64,000 nt of DNA from an uncultured Candidatus Saccharibacteria bacterium (GTDB lineage: Bacteria; Patescibacteriota; Minisyncoccia; Phycocordibacterales; UBA9973): contig CAYVDC010000002.1 of assembly GCA_964450735.1 (NCBI GenBank), forward strand, positions 703 to 64,702. The letters run 5' to 3'. Below, piece by piece: positions 36,280 to 44,711 of this stretch. Numbering within the stretch: position 1 is the first letter of the stretch; every line of letters begins with the position of its first letter. The notes beneath the pieces are model-generated. The model made no database searches, was not told the DNA's origin, and worked only from the letters and a program-made list of their open reading frames with translations. The position numbers and the translations under genes were made by a program.

Positions 36280-36310
36280 AAAACGCCTCTAAATAATATA
36301 GAGGCGTTTT
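36280..36310. terminator. Bidirectional terminator downstream of the tRNA
   Basis: aaaacgcctcta-aataata-tagaggcgtttt. Confidence 0.65.
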
Positions 36311-36359
36311 ATTATGTCAGAAGTAACCTCTTCGTAACACAGAACCTCGCACTAAGATG

Positions 36360-36431
36360 TGATCTCGCCAGGAATCGAACCTGGATTTAAAGTTCCGCAA
36401 ACTTTTGTCCTATCCGTTGAACGACGAGACC
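36360..36431 (-). tRNA. tRNA-Arg (anticodon GCG)
   Basis: Folded by hand on the reverse complement. The acceptor stem is ggtctcg/cgagatc, the D-arm is gttc-aacggata-ggac, and the perfect anticodon stem aaagt/acttt carries the loop ttGCGga. The T-arm is ccagg-ttcgatt-cctgg. No CCA is encoded. Confidence 0.75.
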
Positions 36432-36578
36432 GGATAACTAAATTCCCGCCAGAAGCGGAAACGTGGTGTACTATACCCTATTTATTTGATTTAGTCCAGA
36501 AACCCTTGAAAGCTTTGACTATTGCGCAACTCGGGTATAGTGTGTACAAAACGATTCTTCACCAAACCCCATACCAAT

Positions 36579-37010
36579 ATGAGCTCATTATACTACCCCA
36601 TCCTGACCGGCTTCTTGTTTTCAATTCTTGTTATCTGTTGTGATACGCCAACTGTTGAAACACTAGAGTTCCGCTTGTTTGTAATTATTTTCAGCATTGG
36701 CTTCAATTGGATAGGCCAAACATTCTTGGCAATCCGTATGAGATGGAAAAGCGTAATGCTTGGAGGAACAATGTTCGCCGTAGCCATGTTCACTTCATTC
36801 GCAGTTGGCATGTTTGTTCTAACTAAATTATATTATTTGGACCGCCATAAAATAATTTATTTTACTTCATCAGAAAGCCTTCTGCTGTGTTTTCTTGTCA
36901 CATATACGACCGCCATGTTTATAGTGCAGGTATTGTTATACCAACTATTTGAACGACCTGGGACACGGTTTTATATTCCGACATTTAAAGAAATTGAGAA
37001 AATGCACTAA
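36579..37010 (+). CDS. Hypothetical membrane protein (first of two tandem paralog-like ORFs)
   Basis: About 143 aa with 4 TM helices and no recognisable motif. It lies next to the tRNA gene. Confidence 0.35.
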   Translation: MSSLYYPILTGFLFSILVICCDTPTVETLEFRLFVIIFSIGFNWIGQTFLAIRMRWKSVMLGGTMFAVAMFTSFAVGMFVLTKLYYLDRHKIIYFTSSESLLLCFLVTYTTAMFIVQVLLYQLFERPGTRFYIPTFKEIEKMH

Positions 37011-37032
37011 TCTGTTCATTAAAACAAACAAT

Positions 37033-37440
37033 ATGAAAATATCGCACCTCTGTTTCGTCATCGGCATTTGCCAGATTGTTGTTCTGTACCAGATCGACAT
37101 GCAGTTTCTTGCCACGCACTTGGAAGAAGAGTACTCTAATATTCTGTTTTCTATGGGGGTATTCAACACGCTGCTGTATGTACCCCTGCTGTTCTTTATC
37201 GGTGCATTTCGTTGCAGTACGGGAACAAAACTGCTCACTCTCGTTTGTTTAGTGTTCCCCTACATGGCAAAAGAGTCGGTGCAGTGTTTGAACCACTACC
37301 TCTATACGAGCAACTATATTCGCGCTGTAGATATACGAAATGAGCTAAACACGTTCATACTCATGTATACGTTTATTGCTTTTATCATGAGACAAGCAAC
37401 ATATGAAGTACTTGATAAGCAATTTATACACCATTTTTAA
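37033..37440 (+). CDS. Hypothetical membrane protein (second tandem ORF)
   Basis: About 135 aa with 4 TM helices, similar in size and topology to the preceding ORF. Confidence 0.35.
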   Translation: MKISHLCFVIGICQIVVLYQIDMQFLATHLEEEYSNILFSMGVFNTLLYVPLLFFIGAFRCSTGTKLLTLVCLVFPYMAKESVQCLNHYLYTSNYIRAVDIRNELNTFILMYTFIAFIMRQATYEVLDKQFIHHF

Positions 37441-37491
37441 AATCACGATTTTATTTTCAATCGCTCTGGCAATTTGCCGGGGCTTTTTTAT

Positions 37492-38628
37492 TTAGTGCTT
37501 GTGCCCATGCAAATCGCCCTTGAATTTCCTTCCATGTAGCATAGCCACCGCCACAAATGTAGTAATCGGCACCGCAAGCACCAAACCAATTGATCCAACA
37601 AATGTCCGCAATAGCTCTGTAGAGAACAATTCCCTATTTATTGTAACGAGCGGTGCCTCCCATGAACCAGATGCGAAAAGCAGTAAGAGCGGCAGCGAGA
37701 CACCGACATAGGCAATCGCCAGCGTATTCACAAGTGCGCCAATGTGTTCCCGTCCGATGCGCATGCCTCGCGAGAATACGTGCGCACGCTCCATGGTAGG
37801 ATTGGCGCGGTACAATTCTTCAATAGCGACTGACTGGCCGATAGCAGCATCATACAGCACGCCAAGGAGCCCAATAAGGATACCTCCAAGGAGGATGCCA
37901 GACATATTAAGCGTGCCATTAGTGTTTAAATTAAGATATACAGATTCATCGCTGGTAACTCCAGTCAGGTGCGCCATGTGCACAGCGATGGAAGAAAGAA
38001 CTCCGGTGAGAATGACCGTGGCGATCATTCCAATAACAGCAGAAGATGTTGTTCTATTGAACCCGTGGGTAACATATGACCCAACAACAGTAATAAGTGA
38101 AGAGACCGCAATAGCAATCAAGATTGGCGAATATCCTTTAAGTATTCCCGGTATCAAGACAAATGCAATAAGCAGCAATCCTCCGCCAAGGCTGATTAGC
38201 CCCCGAAGACCTTGAATGCCGCCGAACACGAGAAGTACCAGGACAAACAAAATACCAAAAAAGATAATGATATTTGTGCGATCTGGTTCAAAAACGGCAA
38301 AAGTCACCTGTCCATCCTCAGAGACATTACGGTTAATCCAAACCTTCGCGCCTTTATTTAAATTATAATAGTCGTTCTCGATTACTGTTGTTCCTGTTGA
38401 ACCATCTTCAGCAGTATAAGATACTTCGATCTTCTGGGTTTTAGTAATTACCTGCGTTCCGGGAATCGTCGCTTCTCCGACAGAAACAACATCAGTGACC
38501 TTCCCTCGAATAGTAGTAGAAGTCTGTGCTTCTGCGTGAGGAGCAACAAAAGAAATTGCAGCGACGACCAACAGGACAATCAGGAAAAATTTATTTCGCG
38601 CAGTTCTTGCAAAGACCATAGAGTTCAA
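37492..38628 (-). CDS. YibE/F-like polytopic membrane protein
   Basis: 378 aa with a signal peptide, a ~100-aa extracytoplasmic N-domain and then 7-8 TM helices. It is the last gene of the Fur-regulated operon. Confidence 0.45.
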   Translation of the reverse strand: MNSMVFARTARNKFFLIVLLVVAAISFVAPHAEAQTSTTIRGKVTDVVSVGEATIPGTQVITKTQKIEVSYTAEDGSTGTTVIENDYYNLNKGAKVWINRNVSEDGQVTFAVFEPDRTNIIIFFGILFVLVLLVFGGIQGLRGLISLGGGLLLIAFVLIPGILKGYSPILIAIAVSSLITVVGSYVTHGFNRTTSSAVIGMIATVILTGVLSSIAVHMAHLTGVTSDESVYLNLNTNGTLNMSGILLGGILIGLLGVLYDAAIGQSVAIEELYRANPTMERAHVFSRGMRIGREHIGALVNTLAIAYVGVSLPLLLLFASGSWEAPLVTINRELFSTELLRTFVGSIGLVLAVPITTFVAVAMLHGRKFKGDLHGHKH

Positions 38629-39022
38629 ATGAGTGGCGAACCACTTTGCTAAATTCTTTTGTTTGTTTGAGCGCGGATTTGATCAGGCTTTCGGCATCGC
38701 AGCCGACGAAGTCAGAAACCTTATGGCAATTCGTACAGATAATGTGATGATGGTCATTCTTTTCGTCCATGATCTCAAAGTAGGCCTGATCGTGCCCAAA
38801 GTCCACTTGGCGGACAATCCCCTTTTCAGTAAAAGCCTTGAGGACTCGATAGACCGTAACCTGGTCAATTCCCTTTTTGGTGACTTTGGCAAAAAGCTCT
38901 TTTGTTGAAAGGGGTTTTGTAGCATGGGCGAGCACCTCCAAAATGTCGGCACGAGGACCCGTCTTTTTGGAGCCTGCTCGGGCAAGCAATGATTCGATTG
39001 GTTCATGGTTGTGAGCTGTCAT
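38591..39022 (-). CDS. Fur-family metalloregulator (Zur/Fur/PerR)
   Basis: The winged-helix N-terminus reads LSTKELFAKV...VTVYRVLKAF. The motif HHHIICTNCHKV (HHHxxCxxC) and a C-terminal CKNC are present. Confidence 0.85.
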   Translation of the reverse strand: MTAHNHEPIESLLARAGSKKTGPRADILEVLAHATKPLSTKELFAKVTKKGIDQVTVYRVLKAFTEKGIVRQVDFGHDQAYFEIMDEKNDHHHIICTNCHKVSDFVGCDAESLIKSALKQTKEFSKVVRHSFELYGLCKNCAK

Positions 39023-39041
39023 GGAAAAAGTATAGCATGAA

Positions 39042-39446
39042 CTAATGATGATGCTCTCCCCTAAGCACATGAACCTGATAATGGACTAGCTCTTGCAGAG
39101 AAACGTACAAAAATCTTAAAAAGACAGCGACAAAGGCAACAACCATCCAAGAAAGAAAAAAATGAGTAATAAGAACTGAATGCGTCCAATTTGGAATTGG
39201 ATTGCGCCAGAGAACAAAGAAAAATGCCAGCCAATAAGTAAAACAAAGTCCGCAGGTAAGAGCTTTACTGAGAACTGGCATACGAAAAACAATCCATTCT
39301 TTCCATTGAGGATGATCATGAAGGAGTTTGCGCCACAAGACTGCGACGCCTGATATAGTTAGCACTGAAAGTATAATTGACTGAAACATAGCGATAAAAT
39401 AATACCCCTCTTTTGCAAAAGGGGTATTTGTAAATAATAACTGCAC
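39042..39446 (-). CDS. Membrane protein (DUF1360-like CxxC-in-membrane motif)
   Basis: LTCGLCFTYWLAFF inside a TM helix, with a C-terminal His-rich tail (RGEHHH). Confidence 0.35.
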   Translation of the reverse strand: MQLLFTNTPFAKEGYYFIAMFQSIILSVLTISGVAVLWRKLLHDHPQWKEWIVFRMPVLSKALTCGLCFTYWLAFFFVLWRNPIPNWTHSVLITHFFLSWMVVAFVAVFLRFLYVSLQELVHYQVHVLRGEHHH

Positions 39447-39448
39447 AC

Positions 39449-40213
39449 TTATTGCAAGCCCAATAATTCCTGGGCTTCCTTGGTAATGGTGTACTCAAAC
39501 GGCAATTTCTGATTCAAGATCAGCTCGCTCTCCGCACACATATGTGTAAATAGTGACTGCGTCGCTTCAAACCGTTGTTCTTCCGTGAGCTTGAAAATAA
39601 TGGAGCCCGAAACAGGCTGCAGATTGAGCAGGCTGCAATCGCAGTCGCAATTGTGAATCAACACCATTTTAGTGTGGCGGTAAAATGTTGACTGGCAATG
39701 CAACGAGAACGAATACACTTTGCCGAATGCATGCAGGCATGTATCAATAACACCATAGTGGTGCGGCAAGCTGTCAGCTTCCTTTAAAATTGATTTCTTT
39801 TCTTCCGGCTCCGAACGAGTTGCTAAGTGAGCAAGCGCATCCCACATCACGCTTGAAACGCGATCACCAAACTCCAGCGAAAGCTCTTCGATAGCATTCA
39901 ATGCATTTGTTTTCAATTCAAAATAGGGATCGCCTGTTTCTACTGGAAACAGGCTGCGGTCAAATGGTTCGGCGAATCCTTTGCCTAACGCAGAGAGGAA
40001 TGCGCGGGCATTTTTGTATTCCCTGCAATCAGTTCCATACTTTCTTCTGGTCCATGCGAGGTGAGCATATGCCCGAAGCAGCAGGTCCTCATGAAAATTT
40101 CTGCCTTCCAGCTCTTGCAAGCTCTTGGGTAATTCAATGGTTTTTTGTTCCTCGTCCATAACGAGAGGAATAAGCCTCATGTCGATGACTTTAAATTCAC
40201 ATGTCTTGCACAT
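39449..40213 (-). CDS. Hypothetical Cys/His-rich cytoplasmic protein, first gene of the Fur-family operon
   Basis: 254-aa ORF containing MCKTCEF, HNCDCDCS and HHYGVIDTCLHAFGK, which suggests metal binding. Confidence 0.4.
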   Translation of the reverse strand: MCKTCEFKVIDMRLIPLVMDEEQKTIELPKSLQELEGRNFHEDLLLRAYAHLAWTRRKYGTDCREYKNARAFLSALGKGFAEPFDRSLFPVETGDPYFELKTNALNAIEELSLEFGDRVSSVMWDALAHLATRSEPEEKKSILKEADSLPHHYGVIDTCLHAFGKVYSFSLHCQSTFYRHTKMVLIHNCDCDCSLLNLQPVSGSIIFKLTEEQRFEATQSLFTHMCAESELILNQKLPFEYTITKEAQELLGLQ

Positions 40214-40244
40214 ACGTTTTATTGTTTAGGTTAAAGAATACAAA

Positions 40245-40298
40245 TGCAATTTATTTGCAATTATACACAGACTGGATTATATTGCAAGTAAATTGCAA
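40245..40298. promoter_or_regulatory. Two TTGCAA-N5-TTGCAA operator-like boxes in the divergent promoter region
   Basis: Box 1 is tgcaatttatttgcaa (40245-40260) and box 2 is ttgcaagtaaattgcaa (40282-40298). The hexamer TTGCAA is self-complementary. Confidence 0.45.
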
Positions 40299-40300
40299 AT

Positions 40301-41026
40301 ATGATATATTCTCTTTTAGATATGAATACGTACATCGCCCTCTCTCTCGTAGCGATCATTCCCCCGCTCGCCATCGTCCTCCTGCCAAAAAACAGGAACT
40401 TTTTCGACAAGCCTCTCGTGCGTGGATTCGGTCTGGGAGTATACGCGGCACTTATTATTATTCTTTTTCGCGAAGGAACCGAACATAGCGGGATTCTTGT
40501 TGGAGGGTTATGGTTCGTACTCGGCATCGCCATCAGCTTCATCATCGGACTGTTCATCAAGGAATTTCATCACCACCACAATGCGGCGGAAAAAGCACAC
40601 CGACACAATCGTGCCAGCATGCTCAGACTTCTCATTTCTGACTTCTTTCATAACATCGTGGACGGCATTGCAATAGTTGCTTCATTTACGGTGAATCCTG
40701 GTTTTGGACTAACATCGCTCCTTGGAATCTTGGGGCACCAGGTTATACAGCAAGGAGGACAACAAATACTCCTGGTTGAGAGCGGTATTGCTCCTCGAAA
40801 AGCCGTTTTCTTTTCATTCATCGTGTCTCTCTCTGTTTTTCTTGGACTAATAATCACCGGAGAAACAATTGAGACGATTTTCATCTGCGTGTCAGCAGGC
40901 ATCGTGTTGTGGAAAGTTGGCACTGATGTCAGTCACACAAAATGGAGCGCAACCACTATTCTGGGATTTATTTTGGGAGCGGCTCTTTTGACCATACTAT
41001 TGATCGCAGTACCTCATCAGCATTAA
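40301..41026 (+). CDS. ZIP-family (ZupT-like) metal cation transporter
   Basis: The ZIP signature is FHNIVDGIAIVASF. There is a His-rich loop (EFHHHHNAAEKAHRHNRAS), GILGHQVIQ and 7-8 TM helices. The true start may be the second Met at 40322. Confidence 0.7.
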   Translation: MIYSLLDMNTYIALSLVAIIPPLAIVLLPKNRNFFDKPLVRGFGLGVYAALIIILFREGTEHSGILVGGLWFVLGIAISFIIGLFIKEFHHHHNAAEKAHRHNRASMLRLLISDFFHNIVDGIAIVASFTVNPGFGLTSLLGILGHQVIQQGGQQILLVESGIAPRKAVFFSFIVSLSVFLGLIITGETIETIFICVSAGIVLWKVGTDVSHTKWSATTILGFILGAALLTILLIAVPHQH

Positions 41027-41105
41027 GCAATACAACAAACGCAACAAGCGTGGGCGCCTAAGGCGCCCACGCTTGTTTTTCATTATCCCTCTTATTTTTT
41101 ACAGA

Positions 41106-42116
41106 CTACTTCCCCATCGTCGTTTCAATCAAAATTGCCGTAACCTCATACGGATCCATGTTTGCTGCAGGGCGACGATCTTCGAGATAGCCTCGCTTTT
41201 CGTTTGCAGTCGCCATTGGAATGCGAATAGAAGCACCGCGATCTGAAACTCCGTAACGGAATTGATCAATACTACATGTTTCGTGCTTACCAGTAAGACG
41301 CAATTCATTTCCTTTTCCGTACACTGCGATGTGTTCTTTTGTTTTCTTGCCGATTTTCTTACAAGCTTCTTCGATCACTTTCAAGCCGCCGGGAGCACGC
41401 ATTGATTTGGTGCTGAAGTTCGTATGAGCACCTGCACCATTCCAATCTCCAGCCAAAGGTTTTGGAGCAAGCGAAACCACAATGCCAAAATCTTCAGCGA
41501 GACGATTCAACAACCACCGTGCAATCCATAGTTCATCAGAAACTTCCAGCGCACCCAATGTTCCAACTTGAAATTCCCACTGACCAGGCATTACTTCAGC
41601 GTTGATACCAGATATTGAAAGTCCAGCAGCCAGACACATATCCAAATGCTTTTCGATCAGCGGTCGGCCGAACGCATTCTGTCCGCCTACACTACAATAA
41701 TACTGTCCCTGTGGAGCAGGAAATCCGTTCTCAGGAAATCCAAGCGGACGTCCATCTTTGAACAAAGTGTATTCCTGTTCAATACCAAACCATGGATCTT
41801 CATTCTTGGACTTTTTGAGAACCTCTCGCAGTTTAGCGCGAGTGTTTGTGGCGTGGATCGTGCCATCTGCATTCAACACTTCGCACAAAACCAAAATATG
41901 CGGATTGCCGCGAATCGGATCAGAAACAAAAAACACCGGCTGGAGCATACAGTCACTAAAATGACCTTCTGCTTGCTCGGTGCTTGATCCATCGAACCCC
42001 CACTTTGGAAGTTCAGACACTTTGGTAATTTTCTTGTCCAGAATCTTCGTCTTGGAACGAAGTCCCGGTGTTGGGCTATGCCCGTCGATCCATATATACT
42101 CGGCCTTTATTTTCAT
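41106..42116 (-). CDS. Glutamine synthetase, type II (eukaryote-like GSII)
   Basis: 336 aa, which is the GSII length. It has AEYIWIDG at the N-terminus, the conserved GSII blocks (FDGSSTEQA; EVMPGQWEFQVG; NGAGAHTNFSTK) and the ligand-binding RGASIRIP. Confidence 0.85.
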   Translation of the reverse strand: MKIKAEYIWIDGHSPTPGLRSKTKILDKKITKVSELPKWGFDGSSTEQAEGHFSDCMLQPVFFVSDPIRGNPHILVLCEVLNADGTIHATNTRAKLREVLKKSKNEDPWFGIEQEYTLFKDGRPLGFPENGFPAPQGQYYCSVGGQNAFGRPLIEKHLDMCLAAGLSISGINAEVMPGQWEFQVGTLGALEVSDELWIARWLLNRLAEDFGIVVSLAPKPLAGDWNGAGAHTNFSTKSMRAPGGLKVIEEACKKIGKKTKEHIAVYGKGNELRLTGKHETCSIDQFRYGVSDRGASIRIPMATANEKRGYLEDRRPAANMDPYEVTAILIETTMGK

Positions 42117-42234
42117 TTCTAGGTCCTCATGTTAACTACTAAGTAGGTATTGTATCACCTGATTTTCAATCAACAAAAAATCCCAAACAAAGTTGGGATT
42201 TTCAGTGTATTTCCGAGTTATTAACATTTACGAT

Positions 42235-42495
42235 TTACGCGGCCCACGCTTTGAGTTCATCGAGCGTCGCTTCTCCACAAATGGTCTTGCCGGAATTTTT
42301 GTTGATGAAGAACGGTACTCCCCCGCATTCGCCATCTTTATCGCATTCCTTTAGTATTTCTGAATTCTTTTCATCATGCCAGACTTCGAGGCGGTCGACG
42401 ACGACTCCTGTTTCTTCTTCAAGTTTTTTTATTATCGGCTCCATGCGCTCGCAGTGAGGACATTCGGTACCATAGAAATTTATGAGGTGTGACAT
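42235..42495 (-). CDS. Thioredoxin/glutaredoxin-like protein
   Basis: The start MSHLINFYGTECPHCERMEP carries the CPHC redox motif in a small protein of about 86 aa. Confidence 0.7.
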   Translation of the reverse strand: MSHLINFYGTECPHCERMEPIIKKLEEETGVVVDRLEVWHDEKNSEILKECDKDGECGGVPFFINKNSGKTICGEATLDELKAWAA

Positions 42496-42496
42496 A

Positions 42497-43060
42497 TTAT
42501 TGTGTCGAGACAAGCTGAAACTGCCCATTAACAATCTGGTAGCGATATTGGAACGTGGTAGTTGAAATGACAAGTACGCCAGAATCTGCGGAATAGTAGA
42601 AATTTGTAACCTCCTTTGGCCCGCCTTCATCAGCATCCATATATTGAGTAGGAACTTTCAGGACTTTTCCTGTTGTTTTATCAATTGCATAAAATTGAGT
42701 ACATCCTGATCCGCAACCAACTTCTACAACACGATAGTGTCCGTTAAAGTTTGCTGGTTTTGCCAATTCGGCTGTGAAGAGTGATTTATAAGTCTGGGCA
42801 TACGAGCTCGACATATCCAATGTAACTGCTGCAGCTGGCGTTGGCTGAGTTTGTGCAGGCTGAACTGGGGTCTGAGTATTTGTTCCCTGGACCTGATTAG
42901 GAACCTGTTGATTATTAAGTGTTGCCGTAGGTACATTATCAAAAGCACCTTCATACTGATTTGGCTTTGACTTGTTCCCGAGCAAAAGTACTACGAGGAT
43001 TCCTGCGAGCAAGAGACCGATAACGACAAGCACGACACTAATGAATTTATTTGATTCCAT
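42497..43060 (-). CDS. Hypothetical membrane-anchored protein with a Gln/Pro/Thr-rich linker
   Basis: 187 aa with an N-terminal TM helix, a low-complexity linker and a ~90-aa globular C-domain containing VEVGCGSGCTQFY. Confidence 0.4.
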   Translation of the reverse strand: MESNKFISVVLVVIGLLLAGILVVLLLGNKSKPNQYEGAFDNVPTATLNNQQVPNQVQGTNTQTPVQPAQTQPTPAAAVTLDMSSSYAQTYKSLFTAELAKPANFNGHYRVVEVGCGSGCTQFYAIDKTTGKVLKVPTQYMDADEGGPKEVTNFYYSADSGVLVISTTTFQYRYQIVNGQFQLVSTQ

Positions 43061-43239
43061 AGTTAAAATGATTACTACTAATTACTCTGATAATAGTATC
43101 ATAGTTGCCATTAGCTCAGTAGCGAAAAGGTCGCTGATCGGACAAGATATGCAATTGTAAGGCCGAGGAGGATGATCATAGTAGTAACTTCTTATTTGTA
43201 TACTTACTATGACGGGCGATCTCCGACTTTCTTACAAAA

Positions 43240-43266
43240 CAAAAACCCCCGAAATGGGGGCTTTTT
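43240..43266 (-). terminator. Terminator of rpsT
   Basis: On the minus strand, aaaagccccc-atttc-gggggtttttgtttt. Confidence 0.7.
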
Positions 43267-43272
43267 GAGTGA

Positions 43273-43527
43273 CTATTTTGTGAGTCGAGCGAGGCGTGCG
43301 TTCTTGCGGGCTGCTGTGTTCTTCTTGATAACACCTTTCTTTGCTGCCTTGTCGATTGCTGCCTGAGCTTTTGAGAGAAGCTTCTTTGCTTCCGCGAGGC
43401 TCTTTGCTTTGACGAGCTTTTCAATCTCTTTGATTGAATCCTTCATTGTCTTCTTTCGGCGATCGTTAACTGCCTTTTTCTTCGCGCTTCCGCGGAGGGC
43501 CTTTTTTGCTGATGCTGTGATTGGCAT
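43273..43527 (-). CDS. rpsT: 30S ribosomal protein S20
   Basis: 84 aa, Lys/Ala-rich, starting MPITASAKKALRGSAKKKAVNDRRKK. Confidence 0.9.
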   Translation of the reverse strand: MPITASAKKALRGSAKKKAVNDRRKKTMKDSIKEIEKLVKAKSLAEAKKLLSKAQAAIDKAAKKGVIKKNTAARKNARLARLTK

Positions 43528-43648
43528 GAGATTATTTTTTCTTACTTACTAATGATAAATAAATATTGGAGTATATATTTGTACCGCGTACGAGACACGT
43601 ACTTAGGTACTAGCACTATACCAGAAAAGCTATATATTGCAAGGCTGG

Positions 43649-43738
43649 GGACTGGCTGGTAAGCCAGTCACCGCGACCCGCGTGATACATTAAATTTCCA
43701 AGACCAGGGTCGTGCAGCCACAAAGTGTAGGAACAACT
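43649..43738 (+). repeat. Copy 2 of the dispersed structured element
   Basis: The first hairpin is gactggct-ggta-agccagtc. It is followed by ccgcgacccgcgtgatac, the spacer aaatttcc, the second helix partner gggtc, and the tail cgtgcagccacaaagtgtaggaacaactg. Confidence 0.6.
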
Positions 43739-43753
43739 GGAATAAATACTTCT

Positions 43754-44030
43754 GGGAGAGCGCACCAGCAGTAGTTTCCTGACTTGCTCACGCTGCGTCA
43801 GGAGAACTACTGCTTCGCGCCCTGTGCATCTCATCACCGTACTCATTGGCAATCACCACCCTTTACCGTAAGGGTGGTGATTGAAATACTAATGGCTTAT
43901 AGATGTTCAGGGCGCGAAGTCTCATGCTGCCGAAAGGGCGTTACGGAGCGCGACGGCGCGAGTACCAGCCGAAAATCCCTCAGGATTTTACGGCGTGTCC
44001 TTTCGGCAGCATGAGGCGTAGCGCTCTCCC
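43754..44030. ncRNA. Candidate structured RNA (~277 nt) of unknown class between rpsT and ruvA
   Basis: Terminal helix gggagagcgc/gcgctctccc. Inside it lie hairpin gcagtagtt..aactactgc, a 12-bp helix cttcgcgccctg/cagggcgcgaag enclosing hairpin atcaccaccctt-taccg-taagggtggtgat, and a 17-bp helix ctcatgctgccgaaagg/cctttcggcagcatgag enclosing two small hairpins. Confidence 0.45.
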
Positions 44031-44073
44031 AAAACCCTAATCCAGTTACCCTTTGCCATGATATACTATTCCC

Positions 44074-44643
44074 ATGATCGGCTATATTGAAGGCACTATC
44101 CGCCTCGTGACAGACAAATACGTACTCGTGAGCACTGGCGGCATTGGCTATAAAGTTTTTGGGACCCAGGAACTTTTGGCTAAGCTAAATGGCCAGACGA
44201 ACTGTTCCCTTTTTACGCACCTTGCTGTTCGAGAAGACGCCCTCGATCTCTACGGATTTGAAAACGAATCCGAACTTTCTCTTTTTGAACTTCTCATCAC
44301 TGTTTCCGGCATCGGCCCGCGCGGTGCTTTGAATGTGCTTTCGATCGCAAGCATCGAAACATTGGAACAAGCGATTGCTACCGGAGACACCGGCTACCTG
44401 ACAAAAGTCTCCGGCATCGGACGCAAAACCGCAGAAAAAATTGTTCTTGAACTCCGCGACAAGATGCAGGCTCGAACAAATGGCGAAACCAAGAAAGATC
44501 TTCGCGGCGAATCCGATGCAGTACTTGCTCTCCAGTCACTTGGTTACTCACAAAGCGAATCTCGCGAAGCGCTCAAGCAAATTGATCCAAACCTTACGAC
44601 AAACCAAAAGATCAAAGAGGCGCTCAAATTTTTAGGAAAATAG
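44074..44643 (+). CDS. ruvA: Holliday junction branch-migration protein RuvA
   Basis: The start MIGYIEGTI is the RuvA N-terminus. An HhH pair (GIGPRGALNVL ... VSGIGRKTAEKI) and a C-terminal domain III are present. Confidence 0.9.
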   Translation: MIGYIEGTIRLVTDKYVLVSTGGIGYKVFGTQELLAKLNGQTNCSLFTHLAVREDALDLYGFENESELSLFELLITVSGIGPRGALNVLSIASIETLEQAIATGDTGYLTKVSGIGRKTAEKIVLELRDKMQARTNGETKKDLRGESDAVLALQSLGYSQSESREALKQIDPNLTTNQKIKEALKFLGK

Positions 44644-44654
44644 AATATGGAATA

Positions 44655-44688
44655 AAAAAATGCCGGGCGATTGCCTGGCATTTTGTAT
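44655..44688 (+). terminator. Rho-independent terminator after ruvA
   Basis: aaaaaatgccgggc-gatt-gcctggcattttgtatttt, with one mismatch in the stem. Confidence 0.6.
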
Positions 44689-44711
44689 TTTAAATGCGGT
44701 AAAAATAAAAA

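Noticed and set aside
36360-37440. Integrative element at tRNA-Arg
   Set aside because: I see no integrase, recombinase or excisionase, and no direct repeat of the tRNA 3' end. Only two hypothetical membrane ORFs are present. This is flagged as a possibility under findings, not called a mobile element.
43560-44070. RNase P RNA, tmRNA, SRP RNA or 6S RNA identity for the structured rpsT-ruvA spacer
   Set aside because: I found no GGAAAGUCC or ACAGAA P4 motifs, which RNase P would have. There is no tRNA-like 3' end with TTCGA...CCA, which tmRNA would have. There is no SRP domain IV motif. The multi-branched architecture is unlike the single long helix of 6S. The class is left unknown.
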